From: Thermofilaceae archaeon
Lineage (GTDB): Archaea > Thermoproteota > Thermoprotei > Thermofilales > Thermofilaceae
Direction: 5' to 3'
Assembly: GCA_038861545.1 (NCBI GenBank)
Contig: JAWCCZ010000002.1
Coordinates: 128,001 to 192,000, forward strand
Length of the DNA stretch: 64,000 nucleotides
In this document: positions 30,964 to 40,311 of the stretch, one piece after another
Layout of the letters: each line of letters begins with the position of its first letter
How positions within the stretch are numbered: position 1 is the first letter of the stretch
Translations under genes and position numbers: made by a program
The notes under the pieces: model-generated
Told to the model about the DNA's origin: nothing
Seen by the model: the letters and a program-made list of their open reading frames with translations, nothing else
The model's database searches: none

Positions 30964-31359
30964 GTGGTTCACGAGTGGGCTCTAGCAGAGGCGATCATCA
31001 AGAAGTTAGAGGAAGTAGCTAAAGGATCGCCGGTTTCAAGCGCGGTTATAGCTGTGGGTGAGCTACAGAGCGTTGATATTGAGATCTTAACCTTCGCCAT
31101 CGATGAGTTGAAAAAAGGCACTAAACTCGAAAACGTACTTGTTCAAGTTGAAAAAGAACCGGCTGAGCTCGAGTGCTCCAACTGCGAACATAGATGGGCA
31201 TTCGGCAACACCGGGCTCGGCGAGGAAGAAAAGGAGGCGATACATTATGTGCCAGAGCTTGTACACGCTTTTGTTCGATGCCCTAAGTGTGGTAGCCCTG
31301 ACTTCCGTATCGTGCAAGGCCGTGGGGTTTGGATTAAGGCTGTAGAACTGGGTGGTTAA
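30964..31359 (+). CDS. hypA: hydrogenase nickel incorporation protein HypA
   Basis: N-terminal VHEWALA, GEL, CxxC...CPxCGS, GRGV. Confidence 0.95.
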   Translation: MVHEWALAEAIIKKLEEVAKGSPVSSAVIAVGELQSVDIEILTFAIDELKKGTKLENVLVQVEKEPAELECSNCEHRWAFGNTGLGEEEKEAIHYVPELVHAFVRCPKCGSPDFRIVQGRGVWIKAVELGG

Positions 31360-32085
31360 GTGGACCCGAGACCGGCAATCGTTGATGAAAGACTGAAAGG
31401 GGTTTCTAGGATTATACTAGTCTGTAGCGGGAAAGGCGGAGTAGGTAAAAGCTTAGTAGCTTCGCTTTCATCACTGCTGGCTGCTCGAGAAGGGTTGCGC
31501 GTAGGCCTGCTGGACATAGACTTCTACGGGCCATCTTGCCACGCAATACTCGGTGCCAGTAGCGCGAAAACGGTAGAGGATAAAGGGTTAATCCCTCCAA
31601 CAGTAGCCGGCGTAAAGCTAATGTCTATAAACTTTTTCGCTGAAGAACAGCCGCTGCCATTGAGAGGAGAAGAAATCACAGATGTCCTGCTCGAGTTACT
31701 CGCGGTAACTATCTGGGATAGCTTAGATTTACTATTCATCGATTCGCCCCCCGGAACAGGCGAGGAAATACTCGATACAGTTAAAATCGTGAAAAGGGCT
31801 GAGGCGCTGACCGTCACCACCCCCTCAAGGCTGTCCCTGTCAACCGTGTCGAGGCTAGTTAAACTACTCCGCGAGCTTCGAATACCGGTTCTAGGTTTGA
31901 TAGAGAATTTAGGGCGAGGAGAAGACACTGTTCGCCGAAGAGCAGAAGAATGGGGGGTGATGTACTTGGGATGGCTGCCGTACTATCCTGACCTAGAGGT
32001 AGTTATAGGATATCCGGAAAAGCTAGTCGAGACCCCCGTTGCGTTCCACCTTCGAAAAGCTCTGCATGTGGCTCAGCTGATATAG
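31360..32085 (+). CDS. hypB: Mrp/MinD-family ATPase, probably ATPase-type HypB
   Basis: SGKGGVGKS, DIDFYGPS, DSPPGTG. Lacks the CxxC of ApbC/Mrp Fe-S carriers and directly follows hypA. Confidence 0.8.
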   Translation: MDPRPAIVDERLKGVSRIILVCSGKGGVGKSLVASLSSLLAAREGLRVGLLDIDFYGPSCHAILGASSAKTVEDKGLIPPTVAGVKLMSINFFAEEQPLPLRGEEITDVLLELLAVTIWDSLDLLFIDSPPGTGEEILDTVKIVKRAEALTVTTPSRLSLSTVSRLVKLLRELRIPVLGLIENLGRGEDTVRRRAEEWGVMYLGWLPYYPDLEVVIGYPEKLVETPVAFHLRKALHVAQLI

Positions 32086-32124
32086 AGCTAGTCGGTTAAC
32101 AGGTTGTAACCCTTTGCTTTTAAG

Positions 32125-33174
32125 CTACGCCGCCCCTTTCTTGACCACCTCAAGCCCATCGGCGATAACTTTATACCTAGCAGCGTACCGGCCGTGCTTT
32201 TCCTCGTACTCTATAACCCGGTCGAGCCTGGGTATAACCCTGTGGTTTAAAACCGCGAACAACACGTCATCTACATCACGCTTAGTTACGTAATCTCTGC
32301 CCTCAAGGAAGGCCCAGGCCTTCGCCATCCTGAGCAGTGCGATGCCGGCCCTAGGGCTCGCGCCGAGCTCGAAGTACTCGCCAGCTATTCGATTAACCTC
32401 AGGCCTAGTGAGCCTGATTAACGTTGCAACATAGTTTACTACTTCTTCATTGACCCTAACACGCTCCGCCGAGCTGTCCTGCGCACTAATCACCCAGCTT
32501 GGCTCAACTACAGGCCCTATGTCCTCGAAAGGCTCGACCAGTCTATAAGCGTGAAGCTTTAAGATGGATTTCTCTTCTTCAAGCGTGTTTGGATAGCCCA
32601 TAACTACCCGAGTGGTGAATCGATCGAGCTGGGCTTCAGGCAACGGATAAGTGCCCTCCTGCTCCACTGGGTTCTGAGTCGCAATAGCAAAGAAAAACTT
32701 CCCATTCTCTCTAAACTCAAGTCTGTAAGTTTCTCTACCAATTGTTACCTGTCGTTCTTGCATCGCCTCTAGTAAAGCACTCTGTGTCTTCGGCGTCGCT
32801 CGGTTAATCTCGTCCGCTAGGAGTAAATAAGCGAAAACCGGGCCGAACTTTACTTCGAAATCCCGCATCTGTGGATTGTAAACTAGGCTTCCCGTGACAT
32901 CGGAGGGCATTAAGTCTGGAGTTAACTGGATTCTCGAGAAACCCCTGAAGGGAATACCGTTTATATTCTTCTCTACGCTTAACAAGCCCAGAGTTCTCGC
33001 CAGTGCTTTAACAATTGTGGTTTTCGCGATGCCAGGTATGCCTTCAAGCAAAACGTGGCCGCCTGAGATTAATGAAGCAAGGATTAAGTGCTTTTCACGT
33101 GTGTATCCTATGACCGCTTTATCCAGTGAGCCGAAGATTTTCGAAACCTGCTTAATGGCATCTGAAGCTCCCAC
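32125..33174 (-). CDS. moxR: MoxR-family AAA+ ATPase
   Basis: GHVLLEGIPGIAKT, RIQLTPDLMPSD, ADEINRA.PKTQSALLEAMQE, ATQNPVEQEGTYPLPEAQLDRF, GASPR. Confidence 0.96.
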   Translation of the reverse strand: MGASDAIKQVSKIFGSLDKAVIGYTREKHLILASLISGGHVLLEGIPGIAKTTIVKALARTLGLLSVEKNINGIPFRGFSRIQLTPDLMPSDVTGSLVYNPQMRDFEVKFGPVFAYLLLADEINRATPKTQSALLEAMQERQVTIGRETYRLEFRENGKFFFAIATQNPVEQEGTYPLPEAQLDRFTTRVVMGYPNTLEEEKSILKLHAYRLVEPFEDIGPVVEPSWVISAQDSSAERVRVNEEVVNYVATLIRLTRPEVNRIAGEYFELGASPRAGIALLRMAKAWAFLEGRDYVTKRDVDDVLFAVLNHRVIPRLDRVIEYEEKHGRYAARYKVIADGLEVVKKGAA

Positions 33175-33175
33175 G

Positions 33176-33213
33176 AAGCCTATGATAAGGATGCTAAGTT
33201 ATATAGGCTTAGC
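33176..33213. promoter_or_regulatory. divergent promoter with TATA box flanked by inverted repeats
   Basis: TTATATA at 33199-33205, about 25 nt from the moxR start; GCTAAG-N9-CTTAGC and AAGCCTAT-N19-ATAGGCTT. Confidence 0.5.
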
Positions 33214-33230
33214 TACCGAAATAGTTAAGC

Positions 33231-34088
33231 TTGGATAGTAGAGATTTCTTGGGGTTTATGGATAAGAGATTTTACACTGAAGACGAACTTCGAGGAGCTA
33301 AGGTTTACGATTGTGAGGGTTTACTTTACGGCGAAGCTGGGGGATTAACGCTCCTAGAGGAAGGCGTTTTCATAGAGGTTTATCTTAAAAGGAAAATCGG
33401 AGAAATTACCGTGGACAGGGATAAACTGTTTTCCAACCTCATGGCCTTAGGGGTATACCCCGAGAATCTTACGCTAGTAGAACTCGTTTCGCTAAGCCGA
33501 GGGCTTGGATTAGATATTCCCAGCCGAACTGCGGATGCAGAGATATCGCTTCTGAAGGCCCGCGTTCCCGTAGAAGAAGTACTCTGGCTTGATTCAAGGA
33601 ACGTAGCCCCCTTTGGGGAGTTAAAGATAATTTTCCTAGCCACACCACGAGAGGCTGAATTCCGTGGTTGGCGGCCTAAACCCCCTTCGAAATGGCCTAG
33701 GAAAGAAGATGTAAAGGGAAAGCTCGTGCTCAGTATTTCCAATGGTATAGTCGGCGCAGTGGAGGAAATGGTAATCGGTATCGGAGGCGTTGGACTGAGA
33801 GTAACTCGATCAAGTGGAGGAAAGGAGGTGAAATGGCTTGCATTCGTTACCACGCTAAGGCGTAAAGGACAAGACAGGTTGGCTGACAGGTTAACGGGGG
33901 AAATCGACCCCTACAGTAACCCAAGGCTTACGGGCGGCGAAGCTGAAAAAGCCTTCAAGCTGGTTAAAGAATTGGGTGCAGAGGAAGACGTTGAGCTCTT
34001 AGCCAAACACACAGTTGAATCAAAGGATACCATCGACGTGCCGTGGAGCTCGGTAGTGCGCATTGGTGACGCGGTGGTAATCGAGTGA
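33231..34088 (+). CDS. hypothetical protein with tandem PRC-barrel-like domains
   Basis: ELRGAKVYD.EG..YG and VKGKLV....G.VG.V starts; VPVEEVLW and VPWSSVVRIGDAVVI ends. Start may be the ATG at 33258. Confidence 0.7.
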   Translation: MDSRDFLGFMDKRFYTEDELRGAKVYDCEGLLYGEAGGLTLLEEGVFIEVYLKRKIGEITVDRDKLFSNLMALGVYPENLTLVELVSLSRGLGLDIPSRTADAEISLLKARVPVEEVLWLDSRNVAPFGELKIIFLATPREAEFRGWRPKPPSKWPRKEDVKGKLVLSISNGIVGAVEEMVIGIGGVGLRVTRSSGGKEVKWLAFVTTLRRKGQDRLADRLTGEIDPYSNPRLTGGEAEKAFKLVKELGAEEDVELLAKHTVESKDTIDVPWSSVVRIGDAVVIE

Positions 34089-34942
34089 ATGGAAAACTTT
34101 GCGAAGAAGTACGGAAAGCTGCGCTTATTGGAAGAGCCCGGGCGGAATCTTTCCTTATCGGGGAATACCCAGTTAACTTAAAGGGGATAGGGTTGGAGTA
34201 CACCGATCTTCGCGAATACCACCCAGGCGATGACTATAGGAGAATTGATTGGAGAGTATCAGCGAGAATCGGGCTTGGGCTCGGGAAACTTTTCGTTAAA
34301 GAGTACAGAACGGAGAAAATGGTTCGTTTAGCCTACTTACTGGATTTAACCGCTTCAATGAGTTTCAAGAAGAAGATTAAGACCCTAGCTTTTACGGTAG
34401 CCTTCCATGCGAGGCTTTCAGAGGCTCTGCGCGATGAAGTCGCCGTATTAACCATCAGCGATAAAGTGCGTGTAAGAAGTTTTTCAAGACCAACTGCTGC
34501 CTTGGTTGATATACTTGAGACTGCTTGCAAAGGGAACATTCAAGGGGCTCTCGACTTAAGCGACGCGATGCCAGAGATCCTCAACCTAGCTCGAGGCATT
34601 CCCGTGGCAGTCTACACAGATTACGCGAACACTGCGGACAGCTATTCTCGAATTGCTAAGGCCATTCTAGCTTCAGGAGGTAACTTAAAATTCTATGTAT
34701 TTGTTACAGCAAGCGAGAGAGAACCTGCTAGCTGGAAATGGGAGTTGCCTTTAACTGAATCAGAGCTCAGTTCTCTATCTCTTCAATCAATAGAAGATTT
34801 CTCCAGGGAAGTAAAAAAACATATAGCATTAGTAAAAAGCCTTACCCCATATCGTTCAATTATCGAAGTCCCGGTCACCAGTATAGACCCCCCACTTATC
34901 CCCTTGCTAACGAGTTATCTTGCTTTAAGATCAAGCGCTTAA
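34085..34942 (+). CDS. DUF58 domain protein (MoxR partner)
   Basis: G.GLEY.DLREY.PGDD.RRIDWRVSAR, LFVKEY, LDLTASM. Confidence 0.93.
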   Translation: MNGKLCEEVRKAALIGRARAESFLIGEYPVNLKGIGLEYTDLREYHPGDDYRRIDWRVSARIGLGLGKLFVKEYRTEKMVRLAYLLDLTASMSFKKKIKTLAFTVAFHARLSEALRDEVAVLTISDKVRVRSFSRPTAALVDILETACKGNIQGALDLSDAMPEILNLARGIPVAVYTDYANTADSYSRIAKAILASGGNLKFYVFVTASEREPASWKWELPLTESELSSLSLQSIEDFSREVKKHIALVKSLTPYRSIIEVPVTSIDPPLIPLLTSYLALRSSA

Positions 34943-34979
34943 AGCTAAGTAAGCAGAAAAATTTAACTCCAATTTAATA

Positions 34980-35906
34980 ATGTTAAAAATTATGCCGTCG
35001 GTCGTAATAGCTCAAGGCGTAGCTAAATCATATGGGAAGACAGAGGCTCTACGTAATGTGAGCTTCCACCTCCCGGAGGACACGGTCGCAGGCTTATTGG
35101 GGCCGAATGGCAGCGGTAAGACAACGACTATTAAGATCCTGCTAGGCCTACTTAGAAAGGATAAAGGTGAAGTAGAGGTTTTCGGATGCGACCCATGGCT
35201 AGAGGAGGCTGAAGTCAGAAGGAGGGTTGGAGCAGTTCATGAAAAACCCCTTTACCCTCTCGATGAAAGGGTGAGTAGGCTTTTACGGCATACTGTTAGG
35301 ATGAAAGGAGCCCCTCAAAACGAAGTAGGGAGACTCTTACATTTAACAGGGCTAAGCGAGTATGCAGATATGAAAGTGCGTGCTCTCTCGAGGGGATACC
35401 TACAGCGGTTAGGTATTGCGATCGCACTAGTGGGTGATCCAGAGCTCTTGTTACTAGATGAGCCCACAGCTAATTTAGACCCTAGCGCGAGAAAAGATAT
35501 ACTGAGGCTTATCAAAACATTGCAAGAAGAACTGGGGGCAACGATCATGGTGTCAAGTCATATTGTACCGGAACTTCAAGAGGTTTGCGATTATGCCGTG
35601 TTCATACAGGAGGGAATTGTACTCGACTATGGTAGCATGGATGAGCTAGCTAGAAAATATAGTGTTTCGGCGCACTACTTTATTACTGCTAAAAACGTGA
35701 GGTTGTTGGCTTCCGAGCTCGTTAAGGAAGAGTTCGTCGAAAGCGTGGAGCTAGGCGACGGATACCTTACTCTACGTGTCAAAGGAGGTGCTTACACGGC
35801 AGCTGAAGTCACTATTGCTAAGCTCGCCGAGAAAGGCCTAGTAGAAAACTATGAGCTTCGGACAGCCAGCTTAGGAGAACTGTACTCAAAAGTTATCGCC
35901 CAGTAG
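34980..35906 (+). CDS. ABC transporter ATP-binding protein
   Basis: GPNGSGKTT, LSRGY, LLLDEPT, SSH. Confidence 0.93.
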   Translation: MLKIMPSVVIAQGVAKSYGKTEALRNVSFHLPEDTVAGLLGPNGSGKTTTIKILLGLLRKDKGEVEVFGCDPWLEEAEVRRRVGAVHEKPLYPLDERVSRLLRHTVRMKGAPQNEVGRLLHLTGLSEYADMKVRALSRGYLQRLGIAIALVGDPELLLLDEPTANLDPSARKDILRLIKTLQEELGATIMVSSHIVPELQEVCDYAVFIQEGIVLDYGSMDELARKYSVSAHYFITAKNVRLLASELVKEEFVESVELGDGYLTLRVKGGAYTAAEVTIAKLAEKGLVENYELRTASLGELYSKVIAQ

Positions 35907-36668
35907 GTGGGAAGTTTGAAGACTCGTAAAACTGAGTGGACTGCTTTAACAGTTTACATGCGTTACGTGTTCAACAGTGTAGCTAAATGGAACCTCGGCT
36001 TAGCTCTGGTAGTACCGCCTTTGAATATACTTGTACTCGTGTCCTTAATCCCCTCTTTCACCAGCCAACTCATGCTAACGCTGGTCTCTTGGACCAGTTT
36101 TCTTTACTCTGTCTTCGCCATAATAGCTGCTTACGCTTTCGCTAGCGATTTATCGCGGGGCACGTACACTATTTTTCTTTCTCAACCATTAACCCGAAGA
36201 GGGTACGTGATTACGTGGATGCTGGCTATAGCAGTAGCGCCGGCTACGGCCTACCTGCTTAGCTTAGTAATTCCGTTCGTTGTTATAGATATTCGGCTGA
36301 TTAAATCCTTCGACCCAATTGATTTCCTTCTCCTATTCCTAGAGGGGGCTTTCCTAAGTATGGTGATATTCCTAGCCGGTTTAATTAGTAGACGTCCAGA
36401 ATTAGTAGCTGTGATCGGGGTTTTCATGCATATAATTTTATTTATCATCCTAGGCATCATCTATTCTCTGACGTATCACTTTAGTCGCTCCCACGAGCTT
36501 ATCGCGCTCATATACGCAATAGTATACCCGTTTAAGTCAAAGGTTTTCCAGTTAACGTTACAGTACGCTGGTGTTACTCACTGGGCTGCTTATGCTAACC
36601 TAGCGTTGTCTATCATGCTAATTACTATAGCTATTGAATACTCTAAGAGAAAGTTTGAGGTGATGTAG
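35907..36668 (+). CDS. ABC-2 type permease
   Basis: About six TMs, DLSRGT...FLSQPLTR motif. Confidence 0.85.
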   Translation: MGSLKTRKTEWTALTVYMRYVFNSVAKWNLGLALVVPPLNILVLVSLIPSFTSQLMLTLVSWTSFLYSVFAIIAAYAFASDLSRGTYTIFLSQPLTRRGYVITWMLAIAVAPATAYLLSLVIPFVVIDIRLIKSFDPIDFLLLFLEGAFLSMVIFLAGLISRRPELVAVIGVFMHIILFIILGIIYSLTYHFSRSHELIALIYAIVYPFKSKVFQLTLQYAGVTHWAAYANLALSIMLITIAIEYSKRKFEVM

Positions 36669-36670
36669 CA

Positions 36671-37462
36671 GTGCTTCGAATTCTAGGTGTGGTATTAACA
36701 GTAACTGGAATCACTATTTTAATAACCTTAACCGTAGTCTCAATTCTGGGTACACTATTCTGCAGCTACGTGAGTGCTCACCACTCTGACTACTTCTCTC
36801 TGCAGAATGAAACCTATGTTTCGGTTTCCGCTAGTGAACTTCAGGTAATGGCTATTGAAGGATTTAAGTACTTCTACCGCTCTAGGCTTGTATCCGAGGG
36901 GGTTTTATACTGCTATGCAGCGATCACCCCCCAAGTATTTGTCATCAATCTAACTTTACAGAAAGGGAAACTTTATCTACTTAAACTGAGCGATCGAACG
37001 CTAGTAGAACCACTGCTACACTCAACTTCCATTTCTGATGATGTTATTGAAATACTGGAGAAGAAAGCTGTAGCAAAAGCCGAGTTAATCGAAAATCAAG
37101 TAAACACTGTAGGGATTTACCAACCCGGCGTCAAGGTGTACGAGACTTCGCTAGAAGTACAGCCAGGAGCATACTACGTGGTTACCTTACTGGCGGGAAG
37201 AATTTACCAACAACCCCCTAATTGTACGCGACCTATGCAAGGCTACTTCTGGCAGGAGGATACTATATGTAAGGTAGTTTCCCCTACCCCCGCTCAAATC
37301 GTTAGAAGTTTAACGATTTCAGCGCTTGGAGTCCTGATACTGGCTTACGACTTAAAAGTGGAGGAAGAATCATTACCTAGATGGATAAACCCAGCATTCG
37401 AAATCTTACGTAAAGCAAACAGGAAAGTAAAATCGCTGAAGCAGAGAAAAAGCACCAGCTGA
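36671..37462 (+). CDS. hypothetical membrane protein (N- and C-terminal TM)
   Basis: GAGGTG RBS, two hydrophobic segments, co-oriented in the operon; 3' end overlaps the convergent vWA gene. Confidence 0.7.
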   Translation: MLRILGVVLTVTGITILITLTVVSILGTLFCSYVSAHHSDYFSLQNETYVSVSASELQVMAIEGFKYFYRSRLVSEGVLYCYAAITPQVFVINLTLQKGKLYLLKLSDRTLVEPLLHSTSISDDVIEILEKKAVAKAELIENQVNTVGIYQPGVKVYETSLEVQPGAYYVVTLLAGRIYQQPPNCTRPMQGYFWQEDTICKVVSPTPAQIVRSLTISALGVLILAYDLKVEEESLPRWINPAFEILRKANRKVKSLKQRKSTS

Positions 37463-38375
37463 GCTTAAGTCTTTCGATTTTTTTCTCCGTCACAGAGACT
37501 CTGGCGGTGTAGCCCACAGCTGTACGGGTGACTTCATGCGATAAGTGCTCGAAAACTTCTATTAACTGCTGGGCAGTTTCAGCGTTAAACCATTGTCCAC
37601 CAGTTGCTATAGCTATCCGCTGCATTTCAGCGGCCCCAGTATCTCCACCGGGGCCTATGTAGACAGTGTTTACCGTTATGTTAAGCCTATTCATTTCATG
37701 CAAGAGATCCTCGTAGAAGCCCTGATCGGCTGGCAAACCATCGCTGACGAACACCACTGTGCACGACGCATTGAAAGCTCTGTAGGGTTTCAACATATTT
37801 AGAGCCACGCTCAACGGATAAGCATACATTGTACCCCCTCCCGGCTCTAACTCCATAACCGCGTTCTTTACCTGCTCCACGTCGCGAACCACGGGCACAG
37901 TCAACCGGATTTTGTCGTCGAAAGCGATTAACCCAACACTTATGTTTGCAGGTATACCCTCTAGAAACCTTAGAATAGCTGATTTCGCGACGGAAATTTT
38001 TACACCGCCTGTTATTGTATCGCTCATACTTCCCGAAACATCGGTTGCTATAACGACCGCTGGTCCCGTTACTTTTAGCGTCTCCCGCACCTCGGCTTCC
38101 ACCTCCTTAATTTGCAGCTTCTCGACCTCGAGGTAAGGAGAAGCAAGACCCATGCAAAGCGTGGCTGATAAAAGCAACTTTAAAATTAAGGTAGGCGTGC
38201 GCTTACCCCTTTTATTCAGCTGCTTAACTACTTTAAGCATAGGATTCTCCAGTCGAAAAAACCTTGCTGTAATCCGCCTGTAGAGATAGAAATGCAAGTA
38301 AAAGACAAATGTAAACATTAGAGGAACAGCGGCGAATAAGAAGTAGATGTTCTCGAACCTTAGCATGTTAAACAC
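37377..38375 (-). CDS. membrane vWA-domain protein (BatA-like)
   Basis: RFEN..F N-terminus, TMs, MIDAS DVSGS, GGT, SDG, C-terminal TM. Confidence 0.9.
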   Translation of the reverse strand: MFNMLRFENIYFLFAAVPLMFTFVFYLHFYLYRRITARFFRLENPMLKVVKQLNKRGKRTPTLILKLLLSATLCMGLASPYLEVEKLQIKEVEAEVRETLKVTGPAVVIATDVSGSMSDTITGGVKISVAKSAILRFLEGIPANISVGLIAFDDKIRLTVPVVRDVEQVKNAVMELEPGGGTMYAYPLSVALNMLKPYRAFNASCTVVFVSDGLPADQGFYEDLLHEMNRLNITVNTVYIGPGGDTGAAEMQRIAIATGGQWFNAETAQQLIEVFEHLSHEVTRTAVGYTARVSVTEKKIERLKLSWCFFSASAILLSCLLYVRFRMLGLSI

Positions 38376-39276
38376 CGTCCACCAAGGCGGAAAAAGCTAA
38401 AAACAAAGCTATCATTGAGAGAATACGAGCTGGCTCGTAACTACGTCTCACCTCTTCGATGTAAGCCTCACCTTTAGCGAGAAGCGCATTATACCTCGCC
38501 TCTCTCGCTGCTTTCGCGGCAAGGCTTTCAATAGCCTCTATAGTGAACTCATTCACCACGTAAACTTCTGCTCCAGCCGCCTCCGTTACCTGTGGTATTA
38601 TCCCCTGACCCCCAATCGAGATAATCATCATAGGGAGACCCTTGCTCTTGAACAGCGTGGCTACCTGAAGTGGATCGGATCCGTAATTACTCATACCATC
38701 GCTTACGAGCACTACGACAGCGGGTAGATCAGCTACGTTTGAGATTGAAAGAGCGTAAAGAAGCGAGTCGCCTAGAGCTGTAAACCTTTCTCCAGCTGTT
38801 AAACCATCTAAAGCTTTTAAACAGTCAACTGGCAGGCCATCGCATACACTCCTTACAGAGGAAGAAAACACGGCTAAGTGCACGTGATCGTTAGGGGTAA
38901 GCGAGGAAAAATACCTTTTAAGTGCTTCAATTGCTACATCGAAGCGCGTCCTTGAACCGTAACTATACGTTATGCTCCTTGAGACATCTAAGAGGACTAC
39001 GTGAAGTACTTTATTTTCTGATAATTGATCGACTTGCTCTAACTGCACCTGCCTCTTCACTGTATACTCGTAATAGGGTACTGCAGCGGTGAAGATTAAA
39101 ACCAAAAGCGCTGCTACCCTTAAAGCTTCAAACCCGAGATTTAAACGGGAAATATTCAATTCAAAGAGTTGTTTAAGCCTTACTTTGTTATTCCTAGTTT
39201 TTAGAAGTATTAAGAAGACAGGTAAAACTAGTGAGACTAGAACCATAGCTTCTGGATGTTCAAAACCCCAAGCCAT
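38368..39276 (-). CDS. membrane vWA-domain protein (BatA/BatB-like)
   Basis: FEHP N-terminus, TMs, DVSRS, T.LGD, SDG.SN.G.DP, C-terminal TM. Confidence 0.9.
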   Translation of the reverse strand: MAWGFEHPEAMVLVSLVLPVFLILLKTRNNKVRLKQLFELNISRLNLGFEALRVAALLVLIFTAAVPYYEYTVKRQVQLEQVDQLSENKVLHVVLLDVSRSITYSYGSRTRFDVAIEALKRYFSSLTPNDHVHLAVFSSSVRSVCDGLPVDCLKALDGLTAGERFTALGDSLLYALSISNVADLPAVVVLVSDGMSNYGSDPLQVATLFKSKGLPMMIISIGGQGIIPQVTEAAGAEVYVVNEFTIEAIESLAAKAAREARYNALLAKGEAYIEEVRRSYEPARILSMIALFLAFSALVDGV

Positions 39277-40202
39277 TAATCATCACCTCCAGGTTCTCCC
39301 CAACCAGCTCCGCTGTCACCTTGCTTATCATTCTGGTTAAGGTTGCTACCCGAGCACTGTTCACACTCGCTTAATACATAGGATTTTAGGAGGGCTACCT
39401 CGTAGCCGAATTCCCCACTTTCGCCGGGCTTCAGTTTTAAAGCTACTTCAATGATATCGGAGCTGAAATTCACAGGTTCTCTCATGAGACAAGCCTTCTC
39501 CAGGGCGTTTACATCGGTTAGTTGTACAAGCTTGGCTGCAATCAAGAGGTTTTCTAAAGCTTTAGCTACCTGGGAAACTTGCTTAATTGCCTCATGGTGT
39601 ATTCTCTTATGACTATCAGATAGAAGTGCTTCGTTATCGACCCGGGCTAGATTCACCAGGGCTCTATGCATGTCCGGTAAAGCTTTTTGAAGCTCACGCT
39701 CCAGCACTGATGCACCTTTATGCGCTTTAAGAAAGTCACAGCGCCTAACTCCTTCGAGAAATTCTCGCAACTCATAGCGGGCAGTTGATATATCTTCAGC
39801 TGCGGAGGCAATATCAGCGGCAGCTGAGGCGGCATACGCATAGCTGACTGCCGCTTCGCGTAGCTGTTCACCAAGTTCACTACTCCAGAGTTCAGGTAGC
39901 TCGCATGCATTAATAAGTAGAGCTGCTACCATCCCCATTCGATGGATATGGCTGGATGCGTTAACTGGTGAACCCTTAAGCGCTGACGATAGGAGCCTAG
40001 TCGAGTAGTTGAGACCTTGTGCTGCTTCCACGAATAGGTTAGGCAGGTCTTTTACATCTAGGCTAGCATAAGCAGGCTTGGGAGGACTATAATATGTCAA
40101 AGCTAGAAGCATAAACAGTAGCAACGCTAAAACTAGGAAAACTGTGTTACTTAAGTTGATTTTCGGGAAGCGAATCTTAACCATATACTTATAACTTGAC
40201 AC
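39276..40202 (-). CDS. membrane-anchored all-helical hypothetical protein
   Basis: N-terminal TM, Ala/Leu-rich helices, Gly/acidic tail GAGWGEPGGDD; its stop overlaps the next start. Confidence 0.75.
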   Translation of the reverse strand: MSSYKYMVKIRFPKINLSNTVFLVLALLLFMLLALTYYSPPKPAYASLDVKDLPNLFVEAAQGLNYSTRLLSSALKGSPVNASSHIHRMGMVAALLINACELPELWSSELGEQLREAAVSYAYAASAAADIASAAEDISTARYELREFLEGVRRCDFLKAHKGASVLERELQKALPDMHRALVNLARVDNEALLSDSHKRIHHEAIKQVSQVAKALENLLIAAKLVQLTDVNALEKACLMREPVNFSSDIIEVALKLKPGESGEFGYEVALLKSYVLSECEQCSGSNLNQNDKQGDSGAGWGEPGGDD

Positions 40203-40311
40203 TACTATATATCTGGTTTTTCCAATGAACCGTAGGTGCGTTTACGCATGGAATGAAGAATTTACGAGTTAATCTGGGACATAATTCCATAAAACCTGTA
40301 AACTGTATAAA

